The notes under the pieces were generated by a model that was not told the origin of the DNA, ran no database searches, and saw only the letters and a list, made by a program, of their open reading frames with translations. A DNA stretch of 64,000 nt from Phallusia mammillata (Eukaryota): positions 13,578,001-13,642,000 of the forward strand of contig OZ281498.1 of NCBI GenBank assembly GCA_965637545.1. The letters run 5' to 3'. The first letter of the stretch is position 1, and each line of letters opens with the position of its first letter. The position numbers were made by a program, and so were the translations under genes. Shown one piece after another: positions 60,101 to 64,000 of this stretch.

Positions 60101-63100
60101 GTTTTTGTATCGTGGTTGAAGGCATTGACACCATTATAAAGACAACTAGAATTGGCCGAAAGGAGCAAGGTTTTGGTTAAAGTCTACCTAGTATGAGAAC
60201 ATGGACCGCATGGTTCATATTACCCACCCATTCTTGTGCAAACACCGGGCAGACTTGACTCTCCTCCAGACTTTCGTCTCTTCGGTATTGGTCTGTTTTA
60301 TGATGGGGCGGTTCAGGCTGGTACACGTTTGTTAGCGCTTTGTTCTCGAACCCCAATACGTTGAAGCTAAAGCTGGCATTAGAAACCCGCCAACGCGTGA
60401 GTGGCAAATTTAGTAGAGTGGCAAGCACAAAAGACCTGCGATGCGGATTGCTTTGTTTACTTTTGCTTGGCTAGACGAGGACGCGCGTCGACATTGTAGC
60501 TCGCTTTCACGCTTCGTTGCGCAAAACAGAAGGTATTTTTAGTTGTGGTGATTAGACTTTAATGGATGTACAAACTTTTGAGATGATCTGTAATATACTG
60601 TTGTTTGTTTCATCCTGGTTATATGGTTGGCATTGGCGTAGGGGTGACATTGCACCGTGACTAAAGCAATTTTTTCTTATTTGCCCACCGCCTGCGTTGT
60701 ACTGATGTTTGCTATTCTACTTAAATTACTTAATTTTTTGTGTTATTTGGTGTCATAGAAAACTTAGTCGAAGTCACTTGATTTTATAGCAAGCAAGTTA
60801 CACGGTGTGTCTATTTTTTGTGTGCAAAGACCGAGGATCCTGAAATTTTTTGAATATATACTTGTTTTTTTGCGAAAGTCTCTCAAATATAGAAGCGATA
60901 ACGCCTCTAAACTTTAAATAACTGATACTGGTATGTGAAACTTGTTGATGGTAAATGATTCTTACTTATAAACTTTGTTATTTCGTCATTTCAATTTTTT
61001 CGCATACCTTGACTTGCGCTATTAAAACTAAAATTACAAAAAAATTCAGCAAAACGTAGATACCAGTGGACATAACATTCGTTGTATTGAAATCATCCAA
61101 TTCAATTACCATTTTGTGGCCGTTTATTTAAAACAAAGTAACCTTACAAACTGGCTTAACCTGATTCTTTTGATTCGTGGAAAGAACAAAAGGTAAATAA
61201 GGTGTTCGATTACGGAGCGGCTGTAAAGCACCCGGCAACGCCACCTTGTTTGTGTTGAGGATTACTGACCGTTGCTTGTTACATTCCCAGCATAACGTAA
61301 AAGCAAATATATAATACAGAAGAGCCATACCTCGTTTTGCAGTGTCTGTTTCGTGAACACCCTGATCGATAGCAGTTCTTCCATATCACCAAATTCTGCA
61401 CCTATGAGATACCGTTTTGCTGCAAATTCTGCGCAAATACAATTGCGGTTTTTAAATGTTTTAGTTTTACCAGTGTATAAATTTGCAATGTTGGCTGTTT
61501 TACATATTTTGCTGTGCACGTTTTATCAAATTTCATTTTTGTAACCAGTTTTTTCCACGTTGTCGAACGCGGACAGTCACGGTTTAAATAAACCAGAAAT
61601 AATTCATTTGCAATACATTCACCGAAAACAAAGTGACTGTTGGGTTTAACGTGAATTTCAAAAATTTAACGATTTTTTTACGTTTTAGAAATTGTAATCC
61701 TAATGGCGCTTTAACATTTTTGCAATGCCCATCTAACTTGTATGTCATAAGACACGGGAGTCTAAGTAAAATAGCTGTTGAGACATAACTTCACTTGTGT
61801 GTATAGTGTATAGTGTTTAAAAAACATATGTGGACGAGTAAGTTGTACGCCCGCGGTATCTCGCGGATAGTTTATGCCTCTAAGCGCTGCCTAAAACTTT
61901 AATTGATCGCCTTTTTATCTGATCTATGAAACCAATCGTCCGTCTGCAGAAAACCTCCTGACAAATTTTCGCGTTACCACGGTAAATGGCAATACACACT
62001 GTTCGCGTTCTGTATGGTTTATCTACTTAAAAGTGATCACATCAGACAGATTTAAGGCAAGCGCAGTCGGTTGAGTGTTTTGTTTAATAACAGCGCAATG
62101 CAGCCGATGTTAATCGTGCCCTTGGGCAGTGAAAGGCAAAGGTCCCAGACTGGCTTGTTTAGGATTTAACACGCAATGTGGTTTAGCGAACTGCTTCTGG
62201 GAGCGTGAATTTAAAAAAATAAGTCTCGCTGGAAAACGGATTAGGCGGCAGCTGCCACAGGTCGCAACTGTGTTACCATGTGGAACGGCAAGTTCAGCTA
62301 AGCGGGTTTCGACACATTGCTTTGCGTTTTGAAGTTTTGGGCATTGTTATTTTTAGCCCAGAAAGGTGGCCAACATTGTTAAAGTGCAGTGAAAACGCCA
62401 GTTCGGCTTCATCATTTGTGAAACCATGCACTTGACATGAAAAGAAAGGAAACGTGTTTGAAAATCGAATTGTGATGGATCGCTTTTATTGACGTGAAGC
62501 TGTCCGCTTGTCGTCGGCACTTGCCCCTTGTCAATTGCTTGCTTATTTTAAAGGTTAAGTTACAACTAGGCACAAGAAATGATGTATGTGTTTTTCTGCT
62601 TTAAACTTTAATCGTTGCCAAAAATCATTTGATTTTGACATTTATTTGACGTGAGGTGTTTGCTTGGGCCCAGGCACAAACCGATGTAGCTATAAATATC
62701 ATGTGCACCTTTATGTTGTTCACATGTCAGAACTCCAACAACCGTCTTTGTTACAAGGTCATAACAGCTGTGTAGTTGCGGTAAGAAGTGGCCGGATAGC
62801 TTTCAAGCAAGAGTATAGCTTAGTTGTAGCTGCCTCAAGTAGTGACAGCGTTTGTTTGTATTCCCACGACGATCAAGAGAGTAGCCATCGAGGAACATTT
62901 AACGTTACATTTGCCTCTTGAAACAGAGTTGCCGCTGTAGTTGGTCGCCGCCTAGTCGTGATTTAACTTGCTATAGGGCTGTGTGGGTGAACCACCATCG
63001 ATCGACGACGGGTCAGCTTCGCACACGTGGCCATTGCTTTGGAATGACGTAAAACCGTTGGAGCAGCTATAAACCAATATCGCATGTGGTGACGACAACT

Positions 63101-63356
63101 ATCTGATTGGGGCACCCCGGCAAGCAGGCTGTGTATTGATCCCCGTCTGATTTCAGTCGTTCAAAAACGCATCTTGTCTTAACTTGAATCTCAACATAAG
63201 TTGCTGTTAAAGTAAACAACACCTCCAAGTGATATTGCAAGGACTCCATTAACTGCCACCAGGAACACCAAGTCGTTGCAGTGGCGTTTCTTGGCCTTGT
63301 GGGTGACTCTTGCGGTGAACCTTGGACCCCGTCACAACTTACTGTTGCCCAAGAAC
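57108..63356 (+). other. Weak candidate 5' exons of an unidentified long-intron gene that may continue past the window
   Basis: 57108-57168 (ATG ... GTAAGC donor), 60475-60532 and 63263-63356 have plausible splice signals and thread in frame, but the peptide is not recognised. Confidence 0.2.
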
Positions 63357-64000
63357 GTAAGCGTGCGCCAGTGGCTGCTTCGCAAACGTGCTAACCTGTC
63401 TTTTACCCCTCTTACACCTCGCCCTTGACACCTACACACACACATACCTGTACACACTGCCCTATTTCCAGAGACCCAAACATACACAAGCTTTTACCTT
63501 GGAACTTTTCATACTGCTCTTTACTCTGGTTTCTTCGCCTTGCTACTTCTTTATTCCAAAACAAGGCAACTTGAAACAAGTACATTTGTCATTGCCCCTG
63601 CAACCATTGATCACTTGGCCGTGTTCCCTGTGACTGCTGCTGCGTTTCAACCTTGCACTGCTGCGCTTTGCCTTCATAAATGGAGTGTATGTATTTGTCA
63701 TTGTACTTAATGTACAGTTTTTGTGCTTTTGTGCCAATTTTTTTGAGGTTTGTCAAGTGTGTTTAATGTCGTGTGTGTAGTAATACCTTGTTGTAATACC
63801 TATATGCCACTGTTACGACACCCTAATTCTATAAAGTCATAAGCATATTTAAACATCATATAGTTTTGGAGGCATTTGCACCTATAAAACAATATAGATT
63901 TGAAGCACATTCAGAAAAACATAAAAATGCAGAATAAGGTTACATAGAAAATGTGACTTATACACCTTCAGGTTGCTCTTGTTATATTTGCAGCTCACGG

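Noticed and set aside
57543-63737. Short 60-100 aa ORFs in the right end of the window
   Set aside because: No domains, no codon bias and no consistent exon chain; expected by chance.

Overview
AT-rich eukaryotic DNA with compact genes and mostly 55-100 nt GT-AG introns. This looks like an invertebrate chordate, probably an ascidian (inferred, not proven). Left to right: (1) two near-identical tandem copies of a 15-exon glycogen branching enzyme (GBE1)-like gene (308-4145, 7378-11281, +). Both have intact frames, but most GH13 active-site residues are substituted and each carries an Arg/Ser-rich C-terminal tail. (2) Five three-exon genes (13041-24059; + - + + +) for 108-116 aa secreted precursors with a shared six-cysteine skeleton ending C-x-D-C-x3-D-P-[VI]-C-x3-C-P. 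The ORF track misses them because they are spliced. Cysteine spacing, an F-S-x-E-x4-L helix motif, size and intron phases resemble vertebrate proguanylin/prouroguanylin. This is the best candidate here for an undescribed system. (3) An IGSF10/MXRA5-like LRR-Ig-mucin-Ig gene (minus, 25174-36549). (4) A complete 16-exon TMCO3 gene (+, 43342-53739). (5) About 10 kb with no recognisable coding sequence, only candidate enhancers and weak candidate exons. Interspersed are seven hAT-type MITEs, a tRNA-headed SINE and a Helentron-like element carrying a 158-bp tandem repeat. All gene models were spliced and translated by hand. Homology calls rest on remembered reference sequences and need database confirmation.
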